Shown here: positions 20,830 to 29,699 of the stretch, piece after piece
Position numbering within the stretch: position 1 is the stretch's first letter
Layout: each line of letters begins with the position of its first letter
Assembly (NCBI GenBank): GCA_049942965.1
Contig: CP188088.1
Span: 150,001-182,000 of the forward strand
Direction: 5' to 3'
Source: Candidatus Saccharimonadota bacterium
Lineage (GTDB): Bacteria; Pseudomonadota; Gammaproteobacteria; Enterobacterales; Enterobacteriaceae
Length of the DNA stretch: 32,000 nucleotides
Made by a program: the position numbers and the translations under genes
The notes under the pieces: model-generated
Database searches by the model: none
What the model was told of the DNA's origin: nothing
Seen by the model: only the letters and a program-made list of their open reading frames with translations

Positions 20830-21975
20830 TTATATATTTGATGAAGGATAACAACCTAATATTTTAATTATTTTCTTTTTTATTAGTTTTGAAATTTTAA
20901 AAAAAAAACAATGTTTCGTATCCAAATCAATATTATTTATTAATAAAATTTCAATAAAAAATATTTTTTCTATATTATTTTTTATAGATGGTCTTGATTC
21001 AATATTATTGATTTGCATATTTTTTTTATCTATATTTGATATTATATCAATAATATAATTAAATTTTATATTATCATTTAATATAAGCATGAGTTTGTTA
21101 TTGTTTTTATAAGTTATTTTTTTTTGTTTTCCTAAAACTATAAAAGTTGTAATATTATTTTTCTTATTGTTAATATTTTTTTTTACCGTATATAAATTAT
21201 ATATTTTTTTTCCTAACTTTCCTCCTATAGCAGCTATATTTATTTTTTTTTCTTTAGATATTTTTTGCAACGCTTCGGAACTACTATTTGTATATTTAAT
21301 TATCCAATTTTTATTTTTTTTTAAAAAATCACTACATTGTTTTATAGGTTGATGATGAGAATAAATAGTTTTTATATTTTCTATTTTACATTTTCTTTTA
21401 GTTAATAAATAATGATTTATTGAAATTTTTATTTCGTTAATGATAGATAAATTGGTATTTTGTAATAAATCATATACTTCGTGAATAGCACCTGAATGAG
21501 TATTGTATAATGGTAAAATTGAAAGATCATTTTCAATTTTATTCGTTGTGTTTTTTATTATTTGAGAAAAATTTTTACAAGCATTTGTTTTGATTTTTTT
21601 TAAATATAAATTACAGAATTTAATTGCAGCTTGATGCGAATAAGATCCTAAAGGTCCTAAAAAAAACATTTTTTTGCAATTGGAGTTTTTATTTTTTTTT
21701 ATTATAAGTTCTTGTAGTATTACTGATTCATTTATAATAATTTTAAATATTTTCTTCGCATACTCTGGATTTAATTGTTTTTTTATAGACATATTGATTA
21801 TTTTTTTTATAATTTCTTTTTCTCTTTTTTTATCTTTAATTGGTTTATTGTTTTTTTTTTTATATAAAGCAATTTTTTTTGATACCAAGCATCTTGCTTT
21901 TAGTAAAAAAATTATTTTTTTATCAATTATGTCTATTATATTTCTTAGTTTTAAAAAAGATGATTCACAATTCAT
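20830..21975 (-). CDS. pheA: Bifunctional chorismate mutase / prephenate dehydratase (P-protein)
   Basis: It aligns with E. coli PheA over its full length (FLGPLGSYSHQAA, TSGAIHEVYDLL, IYSHHQPIKQC, ESRP). I place the start at the ATG at 21975 (MNCESSFLKLRN...) because it aligns residue-for-residue with E. coli M1. The track start at 21996 adds 7 codons. Confidence 0.9.
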   Translation of the reverse strand: MNCESSFLKLRNIIDIIDKKIIFLLKARCLVSKKIALYKKKNNKPIKDKKREKEIIKKIINMSIKKQLNPEYAKKIFKIIINESVILQELIIKKNKNSNCKKMFFLGPLGSYSHQAAIKFCNLYLKKIKTNACKNFSQIIKNTTNKIENDLSILPLYNTHSGAIHEVYDLLQNTNLSIINEIKISINHYLLTKRKCKIENIKTIYSHHQPIKQCSDFLKKNKNWIIKYTNSSSEALQKISKEKKINIAAIGGKLGKKIYNLYTVKKNINNKKNNITTFIVLGKQKKITYKNNNKLMLILNDNIKFNYIIDIISNIDKKNMQINNIESRPSIKNNIEKIFFIEILLINNIDLDTKHCFFFKISKLIKKKIIKILGCYPSSNI

Positions 21976-22108
21976 ATAGATTACCTGTAATATCATCGTA
22001 ATAGATAAATAGATGATTAAGTGTTTTTTAAAAAGATTTTTAAAAAATATTATTTTTATTTATTTTAAATTTAACTATAAATTGTCTTTATGTTTTCTTG
22101 CATTTAAG

Positions 22109-22142
22109 TTTTTTTGTATTTTGAATATTTTTTTGTATTTTG
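22109..22142. repeat. Direct repeat 2 x 15 nt (tttttttgtattttg), 19-nt period, in the pheA/rplM divergent spacer
   Basis: Read directly: aagTTTTTTTGTATTTTGaataTTTTTTTGTATTTTGtttc. Confidence 0.6.
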
Positions 22143-22222
22143 TTTCTAAAAAATATATCATATTTTTATGTCAAGTTAAAAATTGAAAATCGTTTTTACG
22201 AAATTATTTGGAAAAAACAGTT

Positions 22223-22651
22223 ATGAGAACTATTTCAGCAAAAATAAAAAATATAAAAAGAACTTGGTTTATAGTTGATGCCTGTGGACAAATTTTAGGA
22301 AGATTAGCAACAAAATTATCGACTATATTACGTGGAAAACATAAAGTTGAATATACTCCTCATATCGATACAGGAGATTTTATAATAGTTTTAAATTCCA
22401 GTAAAATCATAGTTAGTGGAAAAAAAAATTCACAAAAAATATATTTTCATTATACTGGTTATTCAGGTGGTCTTAGAAAAATTACTTTTAAAGAAATGTT
22501 AATTAAAAATCCAGAAAAAATAATTGAAAACGCAGTAAAAGGAATGTTACCAAAAGGACCATTAGGTAGAAAAATGTTAAAAAAATTAAAAATTTTTTCT
22601 GGATCTAAACATAGTCATCATGCTCAACAACCTAAAATATTAAATTTTTAG
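22223..22651 (+). CDS. rplM: 50S ribosomal protein L13
   Basis: From the ATG at 22223 it gives 142 aa, [20 protein letters not shown]..., collinear with E. coli L13 (142 aa). The track's TTG at 22208 adds 5 unsupported codons. Confidence 0.95.
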   Translation: MRTISAKIKNIKRTWFIVDACGQILGRLATKLSTILRGKHKVEYTPHIDTGDFIIVLNSSKIIVSGKKNSQKIYFHYTGYSGGLRKITFKEMLIKNPEKIIENAVKGMLPKGPLGRKMLKKLKIFSGSKHSHHAQQPKILNF

Positions 22652-22670
22652 ATAAAGGTAAATAAGTAGT

Positions 22671-23066
22671 ATGAACAATATAAAAAATTATTACGGTACT
22701 GGTCGTAGGAAAACTTCTTCAGCGAGGGTTTTTCTTAGTTTAGGAATTGGAAACATCATTGTAAATAAAAAAACGTTAGAACAATATTTTGGTAGGAAAA
22801 CTTCATGTATGGTAGTTAAACAACCATTAATTATTTTAAATTTATTAGAAAAATTTAATTTTTATATTACCGTTAAGGGAGGTGGAATTTCTAGTCAGGC
22901 TGGAGCTATTAGACAAGGTATTACAAGAGCATTAATACAATATGATGATTCTCTTAGAACAACATTAAGAAAATCAGGATTTGTAACTAGAGATTCTAGA
23001 GAAGTTGAAAGAAAAAAGGTAGGTTTAAGAAAATCTAGAAAAAAACCTCAATTTTCTAAACGATAA
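22671..23066 (+). CDS. rpsI: 30S ribosomal protein S9
   Basis: 131-aa [40 protein letters not shown] and [14 protein letters not shown] segments are present. Confidence 0.96.
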   Translation: MNNIKNYYGTGRRKTSSARVFLSLGIGNIIVNKKTLEQYFGRKTSCMVVKQPLIILNLLEKFNFYITVKGGGISSQAGAIRQGITRALIQYDDSLRTTLRKSGFVTRDSREVERKKVGLRKSRKKPQFSKR

Positions 23067-23111
23067 TCATTCATCTTTTGGTATAATTATTTTTTCTAGT
23101 AATATTTCTAA

Positions 23112-23141
23112 AACCCGGATTATTTTTCGTTATACCGGGTT
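23112..23141. terminator. Hairpin aacccgg / ccgggtt (7-bp stem, 16-nt loop) between convergent rpsI and obgE
   Basis: GC-rich inverted repeat read directly. On the - strand the stem runs straight into TTTT, and on the + strand a T6 run follows 8 nt later. Confidence 0.55.
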
Positions 23142-23201
23142 CTTAAGTTTTTTCATTTTAATTTTTTTATATTATGAATAAATGAAAAATTAGTGTAAAA
23201 T

Positions 23202-24227
<1,026 letters not shown>

Positions 24228-24334
24228 TTATTTCTCAATTTTTTAAATTAATGAATTTTTTTTTATTTTAATAAATTCTAAATTTTTAATAAAAATATAA
24301 TTTTTTAAAAATTTTTGAATAATTTACAAAAAGA

Positions 24335-24595
24335 TTATTTTTTTTCTATTATTTCAACGTATTTTTTATTTTTTATTCCTTTTTTAGTAAATTTTACATA
24401 TCCTTTTAATTTTGAGAATATTGTATGGTCTTTTCCACAACCTGTATTTTTTCCTGGATGGAATTTAGTTCCTCTTTGTTTTAGAATTATATTTCCAGGG
24501 AACACCAATTCTCCTCCGAATTTTTTTATTCCTAGTCTTTTTGATTTTGAATCTCTACCATTTCTACTAGAACCACCAGCTTTTTTATGTGCCAT
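24335..24595 (-). CDS. rpmA: 50S ribosomal protein L27
   Basis: 86-aa [31 protein letters not shown]...[18 protein letters not shown]. Confidence 0.96.
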   Translation of the reverse strand: MAHKKAGGSSRNGRDSKSKRLGIKKFGGELVFPGNIILKQRGTKFHPGKNTGCGKDHTIFSKLKGYVKFTKKGIKNKKYVEIIEKK

Positions 24596-24617
24596 TTTTT
24601 AGTTCCTTACATGTACA

Positions 24618-24932
24618 TTAGTTAGTTTTAATAATTTCTGTTATTTTTATTTCAGTAAATTTTTGTCTGTGTCCTTGTTGTTTTTTATAATGTTTTCTTC
24701 TTTTAAATTTTATTATATTTATTTTTTTATTTTTTTTTTGAGAAATTATAACAGCTTTTATAAGATAGTTTATTAAGTAAGGTTTTCCTATATGTGTACT
24801 CTGATCTTTAATCATTAATATTTTATTAAATTCAATTATTTCCCCTATGTTCTTTTCTATTTTCTCTGTTTTAATTATTTCCCCTATATTTGCTTTATAT
24901 TGTTTGTTTTTACAAATAAAGATAGCATACAT
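24618..24932 (-). CDS. rplU: 50S ribosomal protein L21
   Basis: 104-aa ORF starting MYAIF..., with GHRQKFTEIKI near the C-terminus. It lies immediately upstream of rpmA as in E. coli. Confidence 0.93.
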   Translation of the reverse strand: MYAIFICKNKQYKANIGEIIKTEKIEKNIGEIIEFNKILMIKDQSTHIGKPYLINYLIKAVIISQKKNKKINIIKFKRRKHYKKQQGHRQKFTEIKITEIIKTN

Positions 24933-24966
24933 GTTTATCTCCGTAATAAATTAAGAATATATGTTT

Positions 24967-25242
24967 TTATTTAGTTATTTTGTTGGATTGATTTTTTGAT
25001 TTTGATGTTTTTTTTTTCCATTCTTTTTTTGTATATGTTTCTATAGAAATGGAATGAATATTTTTATTTTTAAAATATTTCATTAGTGGAGAATAAATCG
25101 TTTGTTGTTTTTTTACATCCGACATACCACAAAAAATATCACTAATTGCTATTATTTCCATATAGTTATTGTTTCCATTTATATAAACATCTTCTAACGA
25201 TAAAGAATTTATTAAAATTGATTTTATTTTTTCAGTTTCCAT
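24967..25242 (-). CDS. ibaG: BolA-family protein IbaG (YrbA)
   Basis: 91-aa ORF. IKSILINSLSLEDVYINGNNNYMEIIAISDIFCGMSDVKKQQTIYSPLMKYF aligns with E. coli IbaG ([52 protein letters not shown]). Confidence 0.85.
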   Translation of the reverse strand: METEKIKSILINSLSLEDVYINGNNNYMEIIAISDIFCGMSDVKKQQTIYSPLMKYFKNKNIHSISIETYTKKEWKKKTSKSKNQSNKITK

Positions 25243-25284
25243 ATTTGATTTTTTGGTTATATTGTTTTTTTTAAGTTGTTTTGT

Positions 25285-25332
25285 TGATATAATTTTTTTA
25301 TTATTCGGAATATTAAAATTTTTTGATATAAT
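25285..25332 (+). promoter_or_regulatory. Two copies of TTGATATAAT (each containing an extended -10 consensus TGnTATAAT) at 25284-25293 and 25323-25332, oriented toward greA
   Basis: Read directly. The match is to the sigma70 extended -10 consensus only. TATAAT-like strings are common in this AT-rich DNA, and greA starts more than 320 nt downstream. Confidence 0.25.
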
Positions 25333-25369
25333 CGTTCTTTTATTGTTATAAAATTTAATAAAACATTAA

Positions 25370-25470
25370 TATTTAAGATCTTCTCGTATAAACTTATGTA
25401 ATTAATAAATCATATTAGTATTTAAGGTCTTCTTAATTAAGACAATATCATCTTAGTATTTAAGATCTTT
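25370..25470. repeat. Three dispersed copies of a 14-20 nt motif, TA(a/g)TATTTAAG(A/G)TCTT(C/T), at 25370-25383, 25419-25432 and 25457-25470
   Basis: Read directly: cattaaTATTTAAGATCTTCtcg / tattagTATTTAAGGTCTTCtta / tcttagTATTTAAGATCTTTcat. Copies 2 and 3 also share an upstream atcatNttag. Confidence 0.7.
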
Positions 25471-25655
25471 CATATCAAGTTTTTTATGAAAATTCATATA
25501 CATTTTTGATTTTTTAATACTAATTAAACTAATTTTTATAAATCTTAATAAATATAAAATTAAATTTATTAGCTGTTTCTTTATTCATAAATCTAATATT
25601 AAAAATTTTTATTATACGAATTAATTTTTTAAGTAAAAAAGGTGAATTTATAAAC

Positions 25656-26138
25656 ATGAAAATTAATCATATTCCAATGACTGTGTCTGGTCTTGAAAAA
25701 TTACAAACAGAATTAAAATATTTAAAAAATAAATTACGCCCAAAAATAATTTCAGAAATAGCAAAAGCAAGAGAATATGGAGACTTAAAAGAAAATGCAG
25801 AATATCACTCTGCTAGAGAAGAACAAAGTTTTTGTGAAGGAAGAATTAAAGAAATAGAAAATAAACTATCGTATTCTCAAATAATAGATGTTACTAAGAT
25901 TGCAAATACAGGAAAAGTAATTTTTGGAACAACAGTGACTGTTTTAAATTTAAAGATAAATAAAGAATTTACATATTGTATTGTTGGTGATGAAGAATCT
26001 GATCTAAAAAAAAACTTTATCTCCATAAATTCTCCAATAGCTAGAGGATTAATTGGAAAAAAAAAAGAAGATGTGGTTTCTATTAAGACTCCAAGGGGTA
26101 ATGTTGAATATAGAATTTTAAAAATACAACATAAGTAA
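25656..26138 (+). CDS. greA: Transcription elongation factor GreA
   Basis: 160-aa [53 protein letters not shown] and [12 protein letters not shown] segments are present. Confidence 0.95.
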   Translation: MKINHIPMTVSGLEKLQTELKYLKNKLRPKIISEIAKAREYGDLKENAEYHSAREEQSFCEGRIKEIENKLSYSQIIDVTKIANTGKVIFGTTVTVLNLKINKEFTYCIVGDEESDLKKNFISINSPIARGLIGKKKEDVVSIKTPRGNVEYRILKIQHK

Positions 26139-26172
26139 TTTTTTACTTTTTAAGAATTTAAAGAATAATATT

Positions 26173-26805
26173 ATGACAGTGAAAAAACGTTCTCGTAGTT
26201 CAAAATTATGGCTATCAGAACACTTTAAAGATGAATATGTTAAAAAATCTCATAATAATAAATTGATTTCACGAGCTTGGTTTAAATTACAAGAAATAGA
26301 TAAAAAAGATCAATTATTCAAGTCAGGAATGAATATTTTAGATTTAGGATCTTCTCCTGGAAGTTGGTCAAAATATGCTTCTAAAAAAGTTGGAAAGTTA
26401 GGAAAAGTTTTTTCTTGTGATATCATTCCTATGAATTTTATAACAAATGTGAATTTTATTCAGGGAGATCTAAGAAAATTTAGTGTTTTAAAAAAATTAT
26501 TACTTTTAGTAAAGAACGTAAAAATCAATATATTAATGTCTGATATGTCACCAAATACTAGTGGAAATCCTTTAATCGATTTACCCAAAATGTTTCTTTT
26601 AGGAGAAATTGCTATTTCAATTTCAAAATTAGTACTTTCAGAAAATGGAAAAATTATATTAAAAACATTTCAAGGAACAGGCTTTAAAAAATTTTTTAAC
26701 AAAGTTAGTGTTTTTTTTTCAAATATTAAAATTCGTAAACCTAACTCTTCAAGAGGTCGTTCTCGAGAAATATTTATTGTTGCATCCAAGTTAAAAAAAA
26801 AATAA
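26173..26805 (+). CDS. rlmE: 23S rRNA 2'-O-ribose U2552 methyltransferase RlmE (FtsJ)
   Basis: 210-aa ORF. KKRSRSSKLWLSEHFKDEYV, SRAWFKLQEID, DLGSSPGSWS, SDMSPN and RKPNSSRGRSREIF segments are present. It lies upstream of ftsH as in E. coli. Confidence 0.94.
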   Translation: MTVKKRSRSSKLWLSEHFKDEYVKKSHNNKLISRAWFKLQEIDKKDQLFKSGMNILDLGSSPGSWSKYASKKVGKLGKVFSCDIIPMNFITNVNFIQGDLRKFSVLKKLLLLVKNVKINILMSDMSPNTSGNPLIDLPKMFLLGEIAISISKLVLSENGKIILKTFQGTGFKKFFNKVSVFFSNIKIRKPNSSRGRSREIFIVASKLKKK

Positions 26806-26861
26806 CTTTTTATGCTAATATTTAATACAAATTGTACTGTGAGGTTAATCCATTGAATGAC

Positions 26862-28691
26862 ATGGGTAAAAACCTGATCCTTTGGTTTTTTGTTGCTGTT
26901 ATATTGATTTCAATTTTTAATAACATTAATTTTAATGAAGAAAAAATCAATATAAGAGACTATTCGACTTTTTTATCGGAAGTAAACCAAGATCAAGTTA
27001 GTGAAGCACATATTGATGGTCGAAAAATTAATGTAATTAGAAAGGACGGTAGTAAGTATGTAACTATGATGCCAATTCATGATCCAAAATTATTGGATAA
27101 TTTGTTGATAAAAAATGTAAAGACTATTGGAAATTTTCCAATTGAATCTAGTTTTTTAACTTCAATTTTAATATCATGGTTTCCAATGTTATTACTAATT
27201 GGAATATGGTTTTTTTTCATGAAACAAATGCAATTAGGAGGAGGTAGGGGAGCAATATCTTTTGGTAAAAGTAAAGCTAGAATGTTAGAAGAAAAAAACA
27301 ATAAAACAAGTTTTCTTGATGTAGCTGGTTGTGATGAAGCTAAAGATGAAGTTAAAGAATTGGTAGAATATTTAAAAGAACCGGATAAATTTAAAAAATT
27401 AGGAGGGAAAATTCCTAAAGGATTGCTAATGGTAGGTCCACCTGGAACAGGAAAAACATTATTAGCTAAAGCAATTGCTGGAGAAGCTAAAGTTCCTTTT
27501 TTTATAATTTCTGGATCTGATTTTGTGGAAATGTTTGTTGGAGTTGGAGCTTCTCGAGTTAGAGATATGTTTGAAAATTCTAGAAAGTCTGCACCTTGTA
27601 TAATTTTTATTGATGAAATTGATGCTGTAGGAAGGCATAGAGGTTCTGGTTTTGGGGGTGGACATGATGAAAGAGAACAAACTTTAAATCAGATGTTAGT
27701 CGAAATGGATGGATTTGAAGACAATGAAGGAATTTTATTGATTGCAGCAACTAATAGACCCGATGTTTTAGATCCAGCATTATTAAGACCTGGACGTTTT
27801 GATAGACAAATTATGGTTCCATTACCTGATATACGAGGTAGAGAACAAATATTAAAAGTACATATGAAAAAAGTTCCATTAGATAAAAAAGTTGTTGCTA
27901 TGGTTATAGCTAGAGGAACTCCTGGTTTTTCTGGAGCAGATTTAGCCAATTTAGTAAACGAAGCAGCTTTGTCTTCAGCAAGAAATAATAAACTAGTAGT
28001 ATCAATGAAAGAGTTAGAACAAGCTAAAGATAAAATTATTATGGGAAGTGAAAGAAAATCAATGGTTATGACTGATTTACAAAAAGAATCAACTGCATAT
28101 CATGAAGCAGGTCATGTAATAGTTGGTCGTCTAGTTCCAGATCATGATCCTGCACATAAAGTTACTATAATACCTAGAGGGAATGCATTAGGTGTGACTT
28201 TTTTTCTTCCTAAAGAAGATGTATTAAGTATTAGTAAGAAAAAACTGGAAAGTCAAATATCAACTTTATATGGAGGTAGATTGGCAGAAGAAATTATTTA
28301 TGGAATCGATTGTGTTTCGACTGGTTCATCTAATGATATAAAGTTAGCAACTTCTATTGCTAAAAATATGATTACTCAATGGGGTTTTTCGGATAAATTA
28401 GGACCATTATTATATACAGAAGAAGAAGGAGATACGTTTTTAGAAAGAACAGCAAATAAATTTAAATATATGTCTAATGAAACTGCAAAATTAATTGATG
28501 AAGAAGTTCGATTTTTAATAAAAAATAATTATAATAGGTCTAAAAAAATACTGAAAGAAAATATAGATATATTACACGCTATGAAAGACGCATTAATAAA
28601 ATATGAAACCATAGATTCAGATCAAATAGATGATTTAATGAATCGAAAAGAAGTAAGATCTAATATTACGTTAAATGAAAGTAGTACTTAA
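26862..28691 (+). CDS. ftsH: ATP-dependent zinc metalloprotease FtsH
   Basis: It is collinear with E. coli FtsH from the ATG at 26862 ([13 protein letters not shown] vs MAKNLILWLVIAV). Walker A GPPGTGKT, the SRH region and zinc motif HEAGH are present. The track's TTG at 26832 adds 10 unsupported codons. Confidence 0.97.
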   Translation: MGKNLILWFFVAVILISIFNNINFNEEKINIRDYSTFLSEVNQDQVSEAHIDGRKINVIRKDGSKYVTMMPIHDPKLLDNLLIKNVKTIGNFPIESSFLTSILISWFPMLLLIGIWFFFMKQMQLGGGRGAISFGKSKARMLEEKNNKTSFLDVAGCDEAKDEVKELVEYLKEPDKFKKLGGKIPKGLLMVGPPGTGKTLLAKAIAGEAKVPFFIISGSDFVEMFVGVGASRVRDMFENSRKSAPCIIFIDEIDAVGRHRGSGFGGGHDEREQTLNQMLVEMDGFEDNEGILLIAATNRPDVLDPALLRPGRFDRQIMVPLPDIRGREQILKVHMKKVPLDKKVVAMVIARGTPGFSGADLANLVNEAALSSARNNKLVVSMKELEQAKDKIIMGSERKSMVMTDLQKESTAYHEAGHVIVGRLVPDHDPAHKVTIIPRGNALGVTFFLPKEDVLSISKKKLESQISTLYGGRLAEEIIYGIDCVSTGSSNDIKLATSIAKNMITQWGFSDKLGPLLYTEEEGDTFLERTANKFKYMSNETAKLIDEEVRFLIKNNYNRSKKILKENIDILHAMKDALIKYETIDSDQIDDLMNRKEVRSNITLNESST

Positions 28692-28867
28692 ATATATTTT
28701 TTAATAATATATTTTTTATTTAATAATAATCTAAATTGTTTGGATAATAATTTTATATTATTAATTATATATAATAGTCTTTATTTTTTAAAATACATTA
28801 TTTTAGATAAAAATAAAATTATTGGAAAAGAAAAATTAATTATTTTTTAAAATAATTTATTTTTAAT

Positions 28868-29167
28868 TTGGAGAAAATTAATTATGTACGATTTTTTTTT
28901 ACAATTTTTTTTATTTCCTCATTGTTTTTAGTTATTTTAATTGTTTTTAACAACAATGTAAATGATAGTTCTATTACATCAGCTGAATTAAATTCTTTAG
29001 AAAAAATGATATATCGAAATAATACCAGCAATCATTTTTTAATGATAACAATTGCAATTTTAGCTGTTATGTTTTTTATTTCTTCTTTGTTCTTATGTAG
29101 AATAATTACTCATCATGAAACAAATAGTTTATTATCAAATTCAACCAATAAAAAAAATGTTTTTTAA
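28868..29167 (+). CDS. secG: Protein-export membrane protein SecG (divergent; start uncertain)
   Basis: 99-aa ORF with two hydrophobic segments. The second (NHFLMITIAILAVMFFISSLFL) aligns with E. coli SecG GNFMTRMTALLATLFFIISLVL. The position between ftsH and tRNA-Leu(GAG) matches E. coli secG-leuU. The only in-frame start is TTG 28868; see the secG finding on the out-of-frame ATG at 28884. Confidence 0.75.
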   Translation: MEKINYVRFFFTIFFISSLFLVILIVFNNNVNDSSITSAELNSLEKMIYRNNTSNHFLMITIAILAVMFFISSLFLCRIITHHETNSLLSNSTNKKNVF

Positions 29168-29220
29168 TAATTGTTGTTAGAAGAAATTTTTTAATGAAGT
29201 TTATTAAAATATTTTTTAAA

Positions 29221-29312
29221 ACCGAGGTGGTGAAACAGGTAAACACACTACTTTGAGGAAGTAGTGCTTATAATTTTATAAAAGCTTGCGGGTTCGATTC
29301 CCGTCCTCGGTA
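29221..29312 (+). tRNA. leuU: tRNA-Leu (anticodon GAG)
   Basis: Acceptor accgagg/cctcggt, anticodon stem ctact/agtag with loop ttGAGga, long AT-rich variable arm, T-arm gcgggttcgattcccgt. It resembles E. coli leuU and follows secG. No encoded CCA. Confidence 0.88.
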
Positions 29313-29422
29313 AAAATTTTTTTAAATATTATTTTTTCTTTTTTCGAAAGTTTTATTTTTTTTTGATTAATTAATTTTTAATTAAATTTGAAATATTTTC
29401 CAAAAAGGGTTAAACATGAAAA

Positions 29423-29447
29423 CCTCGAAATTTAATCGGGGTTTTTT
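29423..29447 (+). terminator. Intrinsic terminator: stem cctcga / tcgggg (one G:U), 7-nt loop, then T6
   Basis: Read directly: aaaaCCTCGAaatttaaTCGGGGttttttattttt. The flanking A4/T4 can extend the stem. It lies about 110 nt after tRNA-Leu and about 250 nt before nusA. Confidence 0.6.
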
Positions 29448-29699
29448 ATTTTTATAAAATAAAGCTAAATAATATAAATCGTTTTTAAAAATCTTTAAAA
29501 TTTTATCTAATAAAATTTAGTTTTTTATGGTATCAATCTTAGTTTTTTTATTTTTAATTTAAATAGTGCATAAAAGGTATTTTTTTTATTTTTATTTTAA
29601 GTTAATAGCAGAATTACAGCGTTAAAAATCAGTATTTTTTTAAGATTAGTTGATATTGATTATTTGTTAATTTAAAAAATGAATTAAAGGTTAATTAAC

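Noticed and set aside
24315-24602. 95-aa + strand ORF overlapping rpmA
   Set aside because: It is exactly antisense to L27, whose identity is unambiguous.
25370-25470. Possibility that the three repeats are a tiny CRISPR array or a mobile-element terminus
   Set aside because: There are only three imperfect copies, with unequal 49/38-nt spacing. No cas or transposase genes are present, and no flanking target duplication is visible.
26832-26861. N-terminal extensions proposed by the ORF track for ftsH (TTG 26832), rplM (TTG 22208) and pheA (ATG 21996)
   Set aside because: In each case an internal ATG aligns exactly with residue 1 of the E. coli protein. The extra codons have no homologous counterpart.
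27077-27949. Three minus-strand ORFs inside ftsH (27077-27301, 27462-27680, 27689-27949)
   Set aside because: They are antisense to the most conserved part of FtsH and have no recognisable motifs. Such ORFs are common opposite GC-richer conserved coding sequence.
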